A DNA stretch of 35,905 nt from a virus. Its lineage: Duplodnaviria; Caudoviricetes. Positions 11,301 through 19,395 of the stretch are shown here, piece by piece. The stretch covers positions 1 to 35,905 of the IMG/VR virus record IMGVR_UViG_3300012953_000087, one strand, 5' to 3'. Under the pieces are notes generated by a model. The model did not search any database. It saw nothing but the letters and a program-made list of their open reading frames with translations, and was not told where the DNA came from. How positions within the stretch are numbered: position 1 is the first letter of the stretch; every line of letters begins with the position of its first letter. The position numbers and the translations under genes were made by a program.

Positions 11301-14300
11301 AAGAAAAATTTGGAAAACAAGCAGTAAAAGGTTTGAAAGAAGATTTTGGGGGGAGTCCATCTGAGCAACAGTATGAATTAACCGCTGATTTTGGAAAAAG
11401 ACTTACAGACTACCTCAACAATAATCAAGTTGATGGAGGTGGGTGGACACCTGCACAAGTTCAAGCAGTTGGATGGATGGCAACTACTAAATTCTTAGAT
11501 AAACCGGGACAGTTGCCAGAGTTTGCTATAACAAATAATATAAGACGTTTAAATTTTGAATTGGCTTTTGGAACGGGCGCTCCATTTAATGAAAAATTTC
11601 CAGACTTTAAAGATCTGTCAGTTAATGGACAAAAGTTTGTAACCCAAACAATTTTAAATGACATTATTGATGTTGCTAATAAATTTACTGGAGCTACAGA
11701 AAAAATAAGAGTTCATGCCACTGGAGGTTGGGAAGCATCTGGAGCAAATCCAAATGCTAGGCTTGAGCTAATATCTTCACCAGAGGTTGCGGTTGATGTA
11801 GCAAATATTATTGGTCTTATGGCTGAGCAAGATGCTGTATTGGTTTCAAAATTTTCTCCTAAAAAAACATCTAGTTCTAAACTTGGAATTATGGTTTACC
11901 CAAGATCTGGAGATGCTTTAGCAAACAACACTATGATGGATCTTCTTTGGCAGTCAATATGGAACAAAGGACTTGCTCAAAACAAGAATAAACCTCTTTC
12001 TGATAATAACTTTCATCTTATGATGGGTTATTCAACAGAGATGGTAGGAAACAGAACAGCCATGAGCATTATGCCATCTAAGTTTGATGGTTCAGTAAAA
12101 TTTATGGGTGGCAAGGGACTGCAAGAAAGAATTGAAAATGGAGACGTGCTTGATGCGATAAAGAACGTTGCTGATGAGCTTGGTCTTGACTTGGTGGTTA
12201 AATTAACACATCATGAGAGTGAATTATTAGATAACAATTGGGAGACTGATAAAGATGGGCAAGGTTACAGTGGAAGGCTTTCTGACAGATACGGAAGTGA
12301 AAGAGTTAAACAAGGGTTACAGAATTTCAAGCGGGATAAACTTGAACCCAGAATATCTCAAGCAATTAAAGAAGCACAAGGCCGTTTCCAACAAGGACAA
12401 AAAGAAGAAAAAATAACCCTTGATGTCTACAAGGAAAAACTAAAAACAAAAACGTCTGAAGAGATTGTTCAAGAAATAAATTCTAACGAGGAGATGTATT
12501 CTTCTCGTTCAGGCATGGGTAGCAAACCAACAGATCAAATATTACAAAACTACAGTCCAAACAAGGAAGTTGTAGGTTACAAAATATTTGAGCAAGCTCC
12601 TGATGGTCAATTGTATCCTCTCTTTGTTGATGCTAAAAACCCAGTTCCCATTGGTGTTTATATTGGAGCAAATGACAACGTATTTAATTTTGTTGGTCAA
12701 AATGGAAAACAATACGTTCCTGCAAAGACGGGTGACTATAGGTTGATTGCTGATGCGAAACAGGAACAGCTTATAAAAGCTCAAGGGATTACAATAAATT
12801 ACACTGGCAAGTCTTCATTTGATCCTAAAACTGGTAAACAGCATCCGTTTGGAGCTATACAGGCTGTTGCTTACAGACCGGGATGGCATGCAGGTGACAG
12901 ACCAATAGCCGCGCATCTTGCAAAAGAAAAACCAACAAAGGCAGGATTTAAAAGAGTTTGGGCAAAAGTTGTTTTTCCAAATGATTTTGATTGGTCGCAA
13001 AAAGTTCTTGAAGAAGCACCCAAGTATCTATCTGGCCCAAACAAAGGTAAGCCAAATTTAAAAGAAGCAGACCTACAACGCATGCCTTTTGATGGTTTTT
13101 ATAATTATAAAACAAATCAAAGCAATGAAGACGCTTGGATGATAAGTGGTCAAATGAAAGTTATTGAAACGCTTGACGATCAAAGAGTTGCTCAAGAACT
13201 TGATTTGGTAAGGAACAGAGAAAAGGGACTTCCTGATCCAAGAGGAACTATGTACTCAGCAAGAGGCACTGTACAGTCTTTTGAAGAGGTATTTTTAGCT
13301 GACGATGACAGCACATTTAACAGATGGCTTGGAGCATTTAAAAGAGTTTTCCCTACTAAAGACAAGTTTGTAGGAGAATATGTAAACGGAATGGAAATGT
13401 GGGGCAAGCTAGAAGAGCAAGAAAACTTTAGACTTGGCAAAGGCAGAAAGAGAATGAACGTTGCCGAGGGTGCAATGAAGTACATGGAAATGACCATGAA
13501 TACTGCAGGTCGTAATCAGGTTATTTTAAAAGAAGGTATCCCTATTATGAGAGATGATGGGGAAATAAGTATTAAGGAGGGATCAAAAGGTCTCATAGAA
13601 ATCTTTAAACCATTAACCTCTGGAAATTACAAAAACTTTAAAAAATACATTACAGCAAGAAGAGCGCAGGCACTAGGTGAAAAAGAAAACCTTATAAATA
13701 AAGCTACAATAAATGAATGGCTTAAGTTAGAAACTCCAGAATTTAAACAGATGTTTGACGAATACCAAGAGTTTAACAAAGGCTTGCTGCAGTTTCTGGT
13801 TGACTCAGGTGTTTTGACCAGTCGAGAAAGAGACAACCTTAAAAAATATGACTACATTCCATTTTACAGAGAGATGGAAGAAGAAAGATTTAAGGGAGAT
13901 CAGGGAAGATTGTTTAGACAAGACGTTCTTGGGCCAAACGCAAGTGCTGTTTTAAACAATCCCGGTCAGAACATTATTCAGAAATACAAAGGAAACACAC
14001 AGCTTCTTGGTGATCCATTGGAGAACATCTTTAGAAATGCACAAGCATTTATTTCAGCAGGATCAAAGAATAAAGCAATGCAAAAAGCTCACAACTTGTT
14101 ATCCAGAAACGAGGTTGGTAAACAAGTAACCAAACGTGAAAGCGATTACACTATTAGTTTTAGAGTAAACGGAGAAAAAGTTTTCTATGACCTATCCGAG
14201 GATACTCAGTATTTTCATTCACTAGCATCCATGACACCTAGACAAACAAAAGGTTTAATGAAAGCTGTTGAAGTCATAGCAAGAGTTTTTAGAGAAGGTG

Positions 14301-15862
14301 TTACTCACGCTCCACCATTTATGATTGCTAACTTAATAAGGGGTGACATGGCAGGTTTTGTTACTGTTGACGCTCCACTAAGACCAATGATTGATACGCT
14401 TGGAGGATTAAAGAACGCATTAAACGACACAGAAACAATTAAAGAGATGAAGTTAATTGCAGGTGTCGGCGGATACGCTTGGGGGGATGACTATAGAGAT
14501 ACAGCCTCAATGGTCAAAAGACAGATGAGAGCAAGGCATCGTGGCTATAAAATAATTGATAGTCCACAAGCTGTTGTTGATTTGACAAAAGGAGCTTGGG
14601 GTCAATTAACAAAACTGGGTGAAGCGTCAGAACTTGCGACAAGAGAAGCAATATACAGAAGACTGAGAGAGCAGGGCATGTCAAAAATGGATGCAGCTTA
14701 TGAGGCTCTTAATGTTATTAACTTTAATCGTAGAGGTCTTTCACAAACAGCAAGTGGTGTAATGATTAATTCGTTGTTGCCAGTTGTTCCATTTTTAAAT
14801 GCTAGATTTCAAGGATTGTACAGAACCTTTGAACCAATGATTGCGGGTAAGGAAGCTGACAGAGCGGGTACTCTTCGTAAAGGCATGGGCCTTATGGCTG
14901 CAAACTTGTTGTTATACAGTTTAATGTCGCAAGACGAAAGGTGGAGAGAAGAGCCATTACACAGAAAGTTAGCGTATCACATTATATATCCTAACATATT
15001 AGGTCTTGAAGATGTTCTTGGTAAAGAGCCTATACTAATACCAAGAGCTTTTGAAATTGGAGCTATATTCACTTCTATTCCAGAAATGTTTATTGACAGT
15101 GTAAGAGAGAAAGATGGCGATATTGTAGCTGATGGTTTACTACATACGTTCCTAAATACATTCTCTTTCAATCCTTTGCCACAAGCCCTTATACCTGCCA
15201 TTGAAGTTGCTTCAAATTATGACTTCTTTAGAAATAGAAACATTGACAGCGCATCACAGCAAAGATACTTGCCATCAACAAGAATTGGCCCAACTACTCC
15301 AGAGGCCGCAAGGCTGTTGTCTGTGGCATCTCAGGAAACATTGTCACCAAATCAAATAACACAATTAATAAATGGATACTTAGGTACTCTTGGTGGATAT
15401 ATGTTAACAGCTTTTGATGTGGTTGCATCAGGCACTGGGGCAATACCAACAAGACCTACTGGAGTTTTTGGGGACAGCTTCGTTGGACAGACCGCAGAAG
15501 CATTGGGCTTTGGTCGTTTTAGGAAACAATTCCCTGACGCGTCAAATAAGTTTGTTAATGATTTTTACGAGTTAAAAAGCGATGTAGATACAATATATTC
15601 TACAGTTAACAGATTAGCAAAAGATGGCAGAACTGAAGCCGCTCTTGACCTTATTGAAGAAAACAAAAAGAAATTAGGTTCAAGAGCAACTCTAAACAAC
15701 CTTAACAAAAGTTTACAGACTATAAATTCTCAAATAAGAATTATCAGGTTAAGCACAGAAATGACAGCAAATCAAAAACAAACAAGACTTAAGGCATTGA
15801 TAAAGCAAAGAAACTCAGTTGCAAGAAATGTTGAAAAAATAATAAAATACATCAAGTCATAA
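5393..15862 (+). CDS. Giant polyvalent ejection-type protein (3489 aa): HExxH peptidase, nuclease-like and other modules, C-terminal LPD38-like domain
   Basis: N-terminal KYPMYSDRSDADL and Gly/Ala-rich segment; HEGFH (8378); GFGMRH (~9175); HDIFGH (10340); WY..PAQVQAVGW (10886-11476); GYK..RPGWH (12575-12889); IPRAFEIG LPD38-like region (~14940-15510). Confidence 0.75.
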   Translation: MANLINTLRDKYPMYSDRSDADLLEGYRLKYHSEKTLEQLEEAFDFKRSQKAKEETDKLGFFGSLGRGVSRGISQTGGLITDALPAIAADIVGADEYRDKQMAEYNERMKEMDIERPSVVPTYQDIDGIGSGLKYAAETVGQFIPSLVTSIGGGGLGGFIGQTAAKQAAKKMAADAAKDFAKKAVLRGQVGGAFLGSGVQTIPEAYASLKEETGDYQLGTSLLVGGVNAALDSFLPAAVLTRLGSEGRQEVSQNILARLFSGSTKNTAIKRAGEQALKGGIIEGLTEGTQQFTQEAAASVLSENKDFFESDTFHTILDATIRGAIGGKAFGAVEGAAFNKSSDARIAEEKAERDSRLDQALTTIQGEPQGQLPAPKGSVPTPSFGLANRQLTQEEYDSLSKNEKAVRKSEQAMADNETLQQNVFEQQERQKEAQKGLNDVNDKLKLIDPNKKGHGAVQKRLEAIKKDLTSVISVSKRDEAINQEEIDARQAVPTQLSPDEIVAEEKRNAAKQKLEDAATPQENEGFIEGTDKRGFKIVSSKTKEDQDGNTIYTPIKDDKSGEEVTFDNERDAADFIRGKGANAERYLLVEAETNSEIPVSFATDFSKLTSSENRPPRERDAKNARQRDINVQDALDAQRTTEGVSVGQLAKRAILPNSAKMIPQEKTTEVFKMGSRKAAPQKEMPTRTKETFKMGSRKPIEEEVTEDYSQRSDGVAPEEQTDASIPDDVKVGDTLELYNARGEKVQGTVEAISKIGTLRVNMGENTVIVDRTGRSVNPQASTENVKNPNYKIKSKVLNSGKRISELTLEELDALEENIKSRVDGLPETALNRDQIRLDAVYDRNAIKARRESGLPLNTTSEKMQQEAETLVEAKKFVRDEIAKIAAKGATGKKLASELEDVIFRRLQSPTDEGVTVGMALTAFRSADIINTILPQSADVTLNFLNSMTTPEGAPVEGSFNAAANLMKLSFTSIKYDKDGNAQFVVDDSIVRETAAHEGFHVLQQYFETHDPKVAQLLNEEFGGRNEIRDYSKSNSFKWIQKYNKKLHNDLVAMNDRVLTEEEIAANNELDKPKVFPTNASGAPIQGLEGYELAAYAFSAYNQARLNGQTPVLSGGMSRFFNFARLFLLRMGNALRGMGFKSVDDVLEGISSGAAAVKLNGRPLADSEFDVASINQTPPEDLAEEIETTQFSQRFLHPDRNETFQEPADRKEFVTFSDGSNIAGYIKDKDGKNVPIKVLKGQHYRKDTGRTRPDGTPILRHGGFGMRHVMYGHENDIIANSPYNTSPTIKSADDRIKLFIQNVVTNGKVIHKKTKNDAEIGEIKIVFGRDTYNRYGQSEEQKQMMQDLGWKYMGVVSAHERIPSNPRFGGQKYYSLQTAFTEHIEGGVDRTQQAANEALKNKISDRGIQRQAEGVRSANKVEEVKSRLPKRMTSNQKKREIGFIKNRTDLKPEEIGELIKYIKLIPNSDIRYSSRGVAMPKNVSGRLRDEDLYSARTSPPNLEVKSLADEYKNITGITKSSFDNVVESFTPDMTENVLKVAADIQENIAHAPNDTQVKATYKAFIDETVAQYKMLGDIQIVPYEGNGEPYANSAEMMADVRDNNRLYFFMTENGFGEDDDTSFQHPLLEKSEFINSLGQQMVFNDLFRITHDIFGHVPQGFGFGPLGEYNAFQEHSRMYSDDAVPALAAETLAQNAWVNAGKHLRREDGSLPIRGDNDFVPLSERPFAAQKAYAFPMEVLRQDPENGTMYSARGSSNPFPKRPKEEVEGRIRRQEKRLTGKDRDISNAPTNNRTEFRVNGKLQFVTGKITFADWLEKTQNILTEKEFKEARTWYNQANKVYRKYFGKDWPMHLAAWLMANQQASPSTAQMNALRGLEQALSNPRKESKDFKQAGLAAENLDTFFKYMKGLEKDIKISAGAQKLYDFVDSGLLRPTRRWMGDKAEGGSPFVADVHTMRDMGMIDPLTLAKLEEKFGKQAVKGLKEDFGGSPSEQQYELTADFGKRLTDYLNNNQVDGGGWTPAQVQAVGWMATTKFLDKPGQLPEFAITNNIRRLNFELAFGTGAPFNEKFPDFKDLSVNGQKFVTQTILNDIIDVANKFTGATEKIRVHATGGWEASGANPNARLELISSPEVAVDVANIIGLMAEQDAVLVSKFSPKKTSSSKLGIMVYPRSGDALANNTMMDLLWQSIWNKGLAQNKNKPLSDNNFHLMMGYSTEMVGNRTAMSIMPSKFDGSVKFMGGKGLQERIENGDVLDAIKNVADELGLDLVVKLTHHESELLDNNWETDKDGQGYSGRLSDRYGSERVKQGLQNFKRDKLEPRISQAIKEAQGRFQQGQKEEKITLDVYKEKLKTKTSEEIVQEINSNEEMYSSRSGMGSKPTDQILQNYSPNKEVVGYKIFEQAPDGQLYPLFVDAKNPVPIGVYIGANDNVFNFVGQNGKQYVPAKTGDYRLIADAKQEQLIKAQGITINYTGKSSFDPKTGKQHPFGAIQAVAYRPGWHAGDRPIAAHLAKEKPTKAGFKRVWAKVVFPNDFDWSQKVLEEAPKYLSGPNKGKPNLKEADLQRMPFDGFYNYKTNQSNEDAWMISGQMKVIETLDDQRVAQELDLVRNREKGLPDPRGTMYSARGTVQSFEEVFLADDDSTFNRWLGAFKRVFPTKDKFVGEYVNGMEMWGKLEEQENFRLGKGRKRMNVAEGAMKYMEMTMNTAGRNQVILKEGIPIMRDDGEISIKEGSKGLIEIFKPLTSGNYKNFKKYITARRAQALGEKENLINKATINEWLKLETPEFKQMFDEYQEFNKGLLQFLVDSGVLTSRERDNLKKYDYIPFYREMEEERFKGDQGRLFRQDVLGPNASAVLNNPGQNIIQKYKGNTQLLGDPLENIFRNAQAFISAGSKNKAMQKAHNLLSRNEVGKQVTKRESDYTISFRVNGEKVFYDLSEDTQYFHSLASMTPRQTKGLMKAVEVIARVFREGVTHAPPFMIANLIRGDMAGFVTVDAPLRPMIDTLGGLKNALNDTETIKEMKLIAGVGGYAWGDDYRDTASMVKRQMRARHRGYKIIDSPQAVVDLTKGAWGQLTKLGEASELATREAIYRRLREQGMSKMDAAYEALNVINFNRRGLSQTASGVMINSLLPVVPFLNARFQGLYRTFEPMIAGKEADRAGTLRKGMGLMAANLLLYSLMSQDERWREEPLHRKLAYHIIYPNILGLEDVLGKEPILIPRAFEIGAIFTSIPEMFIDSVREKDGDIVADGLLHTFLNTFSFNPLPQALIPAIEVASNYDFFRNRNIDSASQQRYLPSTRIGPTTPEAARLLSVASQETLSPNQITQLINGYLGTLGGYMLTAFDVVASGTGAIPTRPTGVFGDSFVGQTAEALGFGRFRKQFPDASNKFVNDFYELKSDVDTIYSTVNRLAKDGRTEAALDLIEENKKKLGSRATLNNLNKSLQTINSQIRIIRLSTEMTANQKQTRLKALIKQRNSVARNVEKIIKYIKS

Positions 15863-15868
15863 CTTTTG

Positions 15869-15888
15869 TGATAAAATAGTTTTAGGAG
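15869..15888 (+). promoter_or_regulatory. Possible extended -10 promoter plus RBS for the small basic protein/lysis genes
   Basis: TG-A-TAAAAT at 15869-15877; AGGAG at 15884-15888. Confidence 0.35.
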
Positions 15889-15893
15889 TATTT

Positions 15894-16163
15894 ATGAAGG
15901 GCTACACTATTAAAGGCGGACATAAAAGGGCTACAAAATCAGGCGCTGGCATGACCAAGAAAGGTGTTGCCAAATACAGGAGGGAGAATCCCGGCAGTAA
16001 ACTTAAAACAGCCGTTACAGGCAAGGTGAAGGCCGGAAGCAAGGCTGCAAAAAGAAGAAAATCATTTTGCGCAAGAAGTGCAGGACAAATGAAACAATTT
16101 CCAAAGGCAGCTAAAAATCCAAACAGTCGATTAAGACAAGCAAGAAGAAGGTGGAAGTGTTAA
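15894..16163 (+). CDS. Small Lys/Arg-rich protein (DUF6321-like)
   Basis: YRRENPGSKLKTAVTG, RRKSFCARS..QM and ARRRWKC motifs; strong RBS. Confidence 0.7.
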   Translation: MKGYTIKGGHKRATKSGAGMTKKGVAKYRRENPGSKLKTAVTGKVKAGSKAAKRRKSFCARSAGQMKQFPKAAKNPNSRLRQARRRWKC

Positions 16164-16319
16164 ATGGCAGCAAAAAAGAAATCAGGTTCAAAACCTAAAA
16201 ATCCCGCTTTGTACTCAAGAGTAAAATCTGAGGCAAAAAGAAAATTTTCAACATATCCTAGTGCGTATGCAAACGCATGGTTGGTAAGAACGTATAAGAA
16301 AAGAGGCGGTACTTACTAA
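16164..16319 (+). CDS. Small basic protein, 51 aa (DUF5872-like N-terminal half); absent from the ORF track
   Basis: Translated by hand: MAAKKKSGSKPKNPALYSRVKSEAKRKFSTYPSAYANAWLVRTYKKRGGTY; fills the gap exactly. Confidence 0.75.
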   Translation: MAAKKKSGSKPKNPALYSRVKSEAKRKFSTYPSAYANAWLVRTYKKRGGTY

Positions 16320-16564
16320 TGGCAAAGCCACAGGGTGGGTTGACCAAATGGTTTAAAGAGGATTGGCGTGATGTCAAGACTGGCAAAAAATGTGGTCGAT
16401 CTGGTAAAGAAAAAAAATCAAGACCTTACCCTGCTTGCAGACCAAAGTCAGTTGCAGGAAGAATAAGCAAGTCTGAGGCAAGAAAAAAGACAGGTGCATC
16501 TAGGGTTAATTGGTCAGTCACTGCATCAGGAAGAAAACGAAAAACAACTAAGAAGAAAAAATAA
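16319..16564 (+). CDS. Small basic protein (DUF5872-like C-terminal half)
   Basis: GLTKWFKEDW..CGR...RPYPACRP motif; TAATG coupling. Confidence 0.65.
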   Translation: MAKPQGGLTKWFKEDWRDVKTGKKCGRSGKEKKSRPYPACRPKSVAGRISKSEARKKTGASRVNWSVTASGRKRKTTKKKK

Positions 16565-16773
16565 TGTGGATACCAGTAATAACAATATTGTGGTCTCTAG
16601 GAGACACAGCAGCTTGGGTTAATTTTCCTATGATTAACTTCCCGCTTTCAACATCAGATAAATGTTATGAATACATTGATCAAGTAAGAACTCAAACAAT
16701 GTTAAATCCTGACTACTTAAACGGATATAGTACTTGCGTTTACATAGGTGAACCAAAAGGAGAAAAGACATAA
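16564..16773 (+). CDS. Hypothetical protein with hydrophobic N-terminus and two Cys
   Basis: TAATG coupling at both ends. Confidence 0.55.
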   Translation: MWIPVITILWSLGDTAAWVNFPMINFPLSTSDKCYEYIDQVRTQTMLNPDYLNGYSTCVYIGEPKGEKT

Positions 16774-17156
16774 TGTTTCAAGCATTAATCGGGCCTATTG
16801 CTGATCTTGCGGGGTCGTTCATGCAAGGCCAAATAAATAAACAAAAAGCAAAAGCTACATTAGCACAAACTAAAGCAGAGGCTGAAGCTGAAATAATGAG
16901 AACTGCGGCTACCCATGATTCAAAATGGGAAATCATTATGGCACAAGGAACTCAGAACTCGTGGAAAGACGAGCTTGTCACAATTGTTATTCTAATCCCC
17001 ACAATCTTGGTCTTCATTCCCGGCATGGAAGATGTTGTTAAGAACGGATTTGCTAGACTTAATGAGCTACCAGAATGGTATACTTACCTATTATTTTTAA
17101 CAGTATCTGCCGCATTAGGAATTAGGGGTCTCGATAAATTTAAAGGTAAAAAATAA
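16773..17156 (+). CDS. Holin (3TM, GTA-holin-like)
   Basis: N-terminal amphipathic helix, SWKDE motif and two hydrophobic segments; upstream of the lysozyme. Confidence 0.65.
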   Translation: MFQALIGPIADLAGSFMQGQINKQKAKATLAQTKAEAEAEIMRTAATHDSKWEIIMAQGTQNSWKDELVTIVILIPTILVFIPGMEDVVKNGFARLNELPEWYTYLLFLTVSAALGIRGLDKFKGKK

Positions 17157-17278
17157 TGCCCGAAGGTTGGGAGTGGATTTTAGTTATAATGGTTAGTTTA
17201 AATACAATAATAAATGCAACCTCATTTTTTTATGGAATAAAGAAATATGTCAGAAAACGCAAACGATTTAGTTCCTGA
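17156..17278 (+). CDS. Small single-TM protein, 40 aa; absent from the ORF track
   Basis: MPEGWEWILVIMVSLNTIINATSFFYGIKKYVRKRKRFSS; TAATG coupling; basic tail. Confidence 0.5.
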   Translation: MPEGWEWILVIMVSLNTIINATSFFYGIKKYVRKRKRFSS

Positions 17279-17474
17279 TAAACTAACATATCAAACAAAC
17301 AAGAGAAGAATGGCTTGGGTCTTAATATTTCTCATGGCATTGACTACAGTTTTAACGCTTGCTTTTCCAGATAGATTAGCAGAGGCTGAAAGTATATTGA
17401 TGACTCAATATATAAGTATGTGTGGATTAGTAGGAGCTTACTTTGGTTTTAGTGCAATCAGCGGAAAAAAATAA
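17247..17474 (+). CDS. Two-TM membrane protein (holin-like)
   Basis: RRMAW followed by two hydrophobic helices ending VGAYFGFS. Confidence 0.55.
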   Translation: MSENANDLVPDKLTYQTNKRRMAWVLIFLMALTTVLTLAFPDRLAEAESILMTQYISMCGLVGAYFGFSAISGKK

Positions 17475-17625
17475 AGGTTGGAATAATCACGAAGAGACTT
17501 TTGAAGAAGCTCTGAGAAGAGAATTATTGTCAGCTAGAAAAGAGAATGAATTGTTAAGGGAAGATTTAAAACAAATAACAAGTGCTTATTACAAAGCTAT
17601 TGGCGAAAAGTATGAGAGTAGATAA
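17443..17625 (+). CDS. Small coiled-coil hypothetical protein (start uncertain)
   Basis: Heptad-like LRRELLSARKENELLREDL; fills the gap before the MTase. Confidence 0.45.
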   Translation: MVLVQSAEKNKGWNNHEETFEEALRRELLSARKENELLREDLKQITSAYYKAIGEKYESR

Positions 17626-18118
17626 CGATTATTATCCTACCCCTCAGTCAATATTAGATGTTCTTGTTGATGAGTTAGAATGGCCAAAATCAACAACAAT
17701 ATGGGAGTGTTGTGCAGGCGATGGAAGATTGGTCGATACATTTGAAAAAAAAGGATACGAAGTAATAGCTCATGACATTGTTTCGGGACACGACTTTTTT
17801 GACTGGTCAGAAGCTCCAACGATAGCGCTGGTTACCAATCCACCATTTAAACATATAAGACCTTTCATTGATCACGCATTTAAAATTGGCATTACAAAAA
17901 TGGCTTTGGTATGTCCTGAAAGACTTTGGGCATGCGCAAAGGGTAAGAAACAATTTATGAAACATCAACCATCCAGATTTATTAATTTGGATTGGAGAGA
18001 AGACTATCTTGGAAGAGGTGGTAAACCTGACAGAGCTTTGGCTATAAGCATCTGGGATGGAGCTATAAATAAAAAAACAAATTATGAGGTATGGAGTAAG
18101 AATGGAAACGTTTACTGA
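17612..18118 (+). CDS. DNA amino (N6-adenine-type) methyltransferase
   Basis: DYYPTP, motif I WECCAGDG, motif IV TNPPF; start moved to ATG 17612. Confidence 0.8.
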   Translation: MRVDNDYYPTPQSILDVLVDELEWPKSTTIWECCAGDGRLVDTFEKKGYEVIAHDIVSGHDFFDWSEAPTIALVTNPPFKHIRPFIDHAFKIGITKMALVCPERLWACAKGKKQFMKHQPSRFINLDWREDYLGRGGKPDRALAISIWDGAINKKTNYEVWSKNGNVY

Positions 18119-18557
18119 TAGACTAAGAACAGATTTAGAACATGATGAGGGAGTAAAGTATGAAATTTATCTCGATCACTTGCACCTACCTACATTCGGA
18201 ATTGGTCACTTGGTTAGAAAAAAAGATCCTGAAAGCTCAATGGAGGTCGGCGACCCGATTTCAAAAGAACGTGTCGAGTCCGCTTTCGAGGAAGATATTG
18301 CGACTACTATTAAAGACTGCAAAAGAATCTTTAAAGCGTGGGACACCTTACCCGAAGAAGCAAAATTTGTAACCGCGAATATGTGTTTTCAATTAGGTGG
18401 GCCTAGATTTACCAAATTTAAAAAGACCATATCACATTGTAACAATCACAAGTGGGTCGATATGGCTAGTGAGATGAGAAATTCCAAATGGTATACACAA
18501 ACAACAGCAAGAGCAGAGCGTTTAATAAAACGTATATTGGATCTTGATCAAACATAA
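18102..18557 (+). CDS. Endolysin, phage lysozyme (GH24/T4-like)
   Basis: DEG..YLD...PTFGIGH catalytic E/D/T pattern; NMCFQLG; SKWYTQT..RA. Confidence 0.9.
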   Translation: METFTDRLRTDLEHDEGVKYEIYLDHLHLPTFGIGHLVRKKDPESSMEVGDPISKERVESAFEEDIATTIKDCKRIFKAWDTLPEEAKFVTANMCFQLGGPRFTKFKKTISHCNNHKWVDMASEMRNSKWYTQTTARAERLIKRILDLDQT

Positions 18558-19393
18558 CTTATTAAGTCACTAGCAACTTCTGATGATTTAAGCATATATT
18601 CAGGAAAGAATTTTGCATAATGTTTTTCAGTAATCTTTGTGCTTGTGTGACCTAAATAACTGCTAAGCTCGTTCATTGATACCTTTCCTGATTGAGCCAT
18701 ATGAACAGCGCATGTATGCCTTAGTGTGTGGAAACAAACTTCAGATCCTAGATCAGCTTCTTTAACTGCTTTCTTATACACAAACTGAACTTCCTTAACT
18801 GGCCTGCCCCTTCTGCTTTGTATAACATAACCTAATACACTTTTAGAACACGCTTTCCTTAGTTCAGAAACCATAGCCTCAGGAACTGGGACAACAGATC
18901 TTGGTTTTTGATTTACAAGATTGTTTCTAAAATCTATAATACCTCTCTGACCCGCACCCCAGTTTATTTGACTGGTCGTTAAACCTAACACAGCTTCCTT
19001 TCTGGCTGCCGTTGTTACTGCAAGTTTGCATGCCAGTGCTATGTGTGGATTTTTAATTAATGATTTTGTTTTTAATAATCTTTTTATTTCATCTTTTGTA
19101 AGCCATCTATTTCTTACGTTAGTGTTATGAGCTATACTTATAGATTTTGGTTTTTCATCAATAACATCTTCATTAAAACAAAAATTTATAGATGCGCTAA
19201 GAACGTTTAGTTCTCGTGCAATAGTTTGAGGCGATACATTTCTTTCTTTTAGATATTCTTGACTGTGTTTTTTTGTTATCAAGTTATGGTGTATGTCCCC
19301 ATAAAAACTATTTAATTGTTTAACAATACTTTTAAGCCTTGTACTTTCGCCCTTGCTCTCTTGGTAGTATTTCAAAACCTCTCTTATAATCAT
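18548..19393 (-). CDS. int: Tyrosine recombinase/integrase
   Basis: TAARKEA (catalytic R), FHTLRHT, LGH and KHYAK (catalytic Y); only 281 aa, no obvious arm-binding domain. Confidence 0.88.
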   Translation of the reverse strand: MIIREVLKYYQESKGESTRLKSIVKQLNSFYGDIHHNLITKKHSQEYLKERNVSPQTIARELNVLSASINFCFNEDVIDEKPKSISIAHNTNVRNRWLTKDEIKRLLKTKSLIKNPHIALACKLAVTTAARKEAVLGLTTSQINWGAGQRGIIDFRNNLVNQKPRSVVPVPEAMVSELRKACSKSVLGYVIQSRRGRPVKEVQFVYKKAVKEADLGSEVCFHTLRHTCAVHMAQSGKVSMNELSSYLGHTSTKITEKHYAKFFPEYMLKSSEVASDLISYV

Positions 19394-19395
19394 AA

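Noticed and set aside
1224-15201. Many 60-140-aa antisense or alternate-frame ORFs inside the structural genes
   Set aside because: They are fully nested in long, motif-bearing ORFs and show no RBS or recognisable motifs; they are shadow ORFs.
5393-15862. Giant ORF as an N4-like virion RNA polymerase (similar size)
   Set aside because: No recognisable single-subunit RNAP motifs or DxDGD motif; the LPD38-like end and modular content fit a polyvalent protein.
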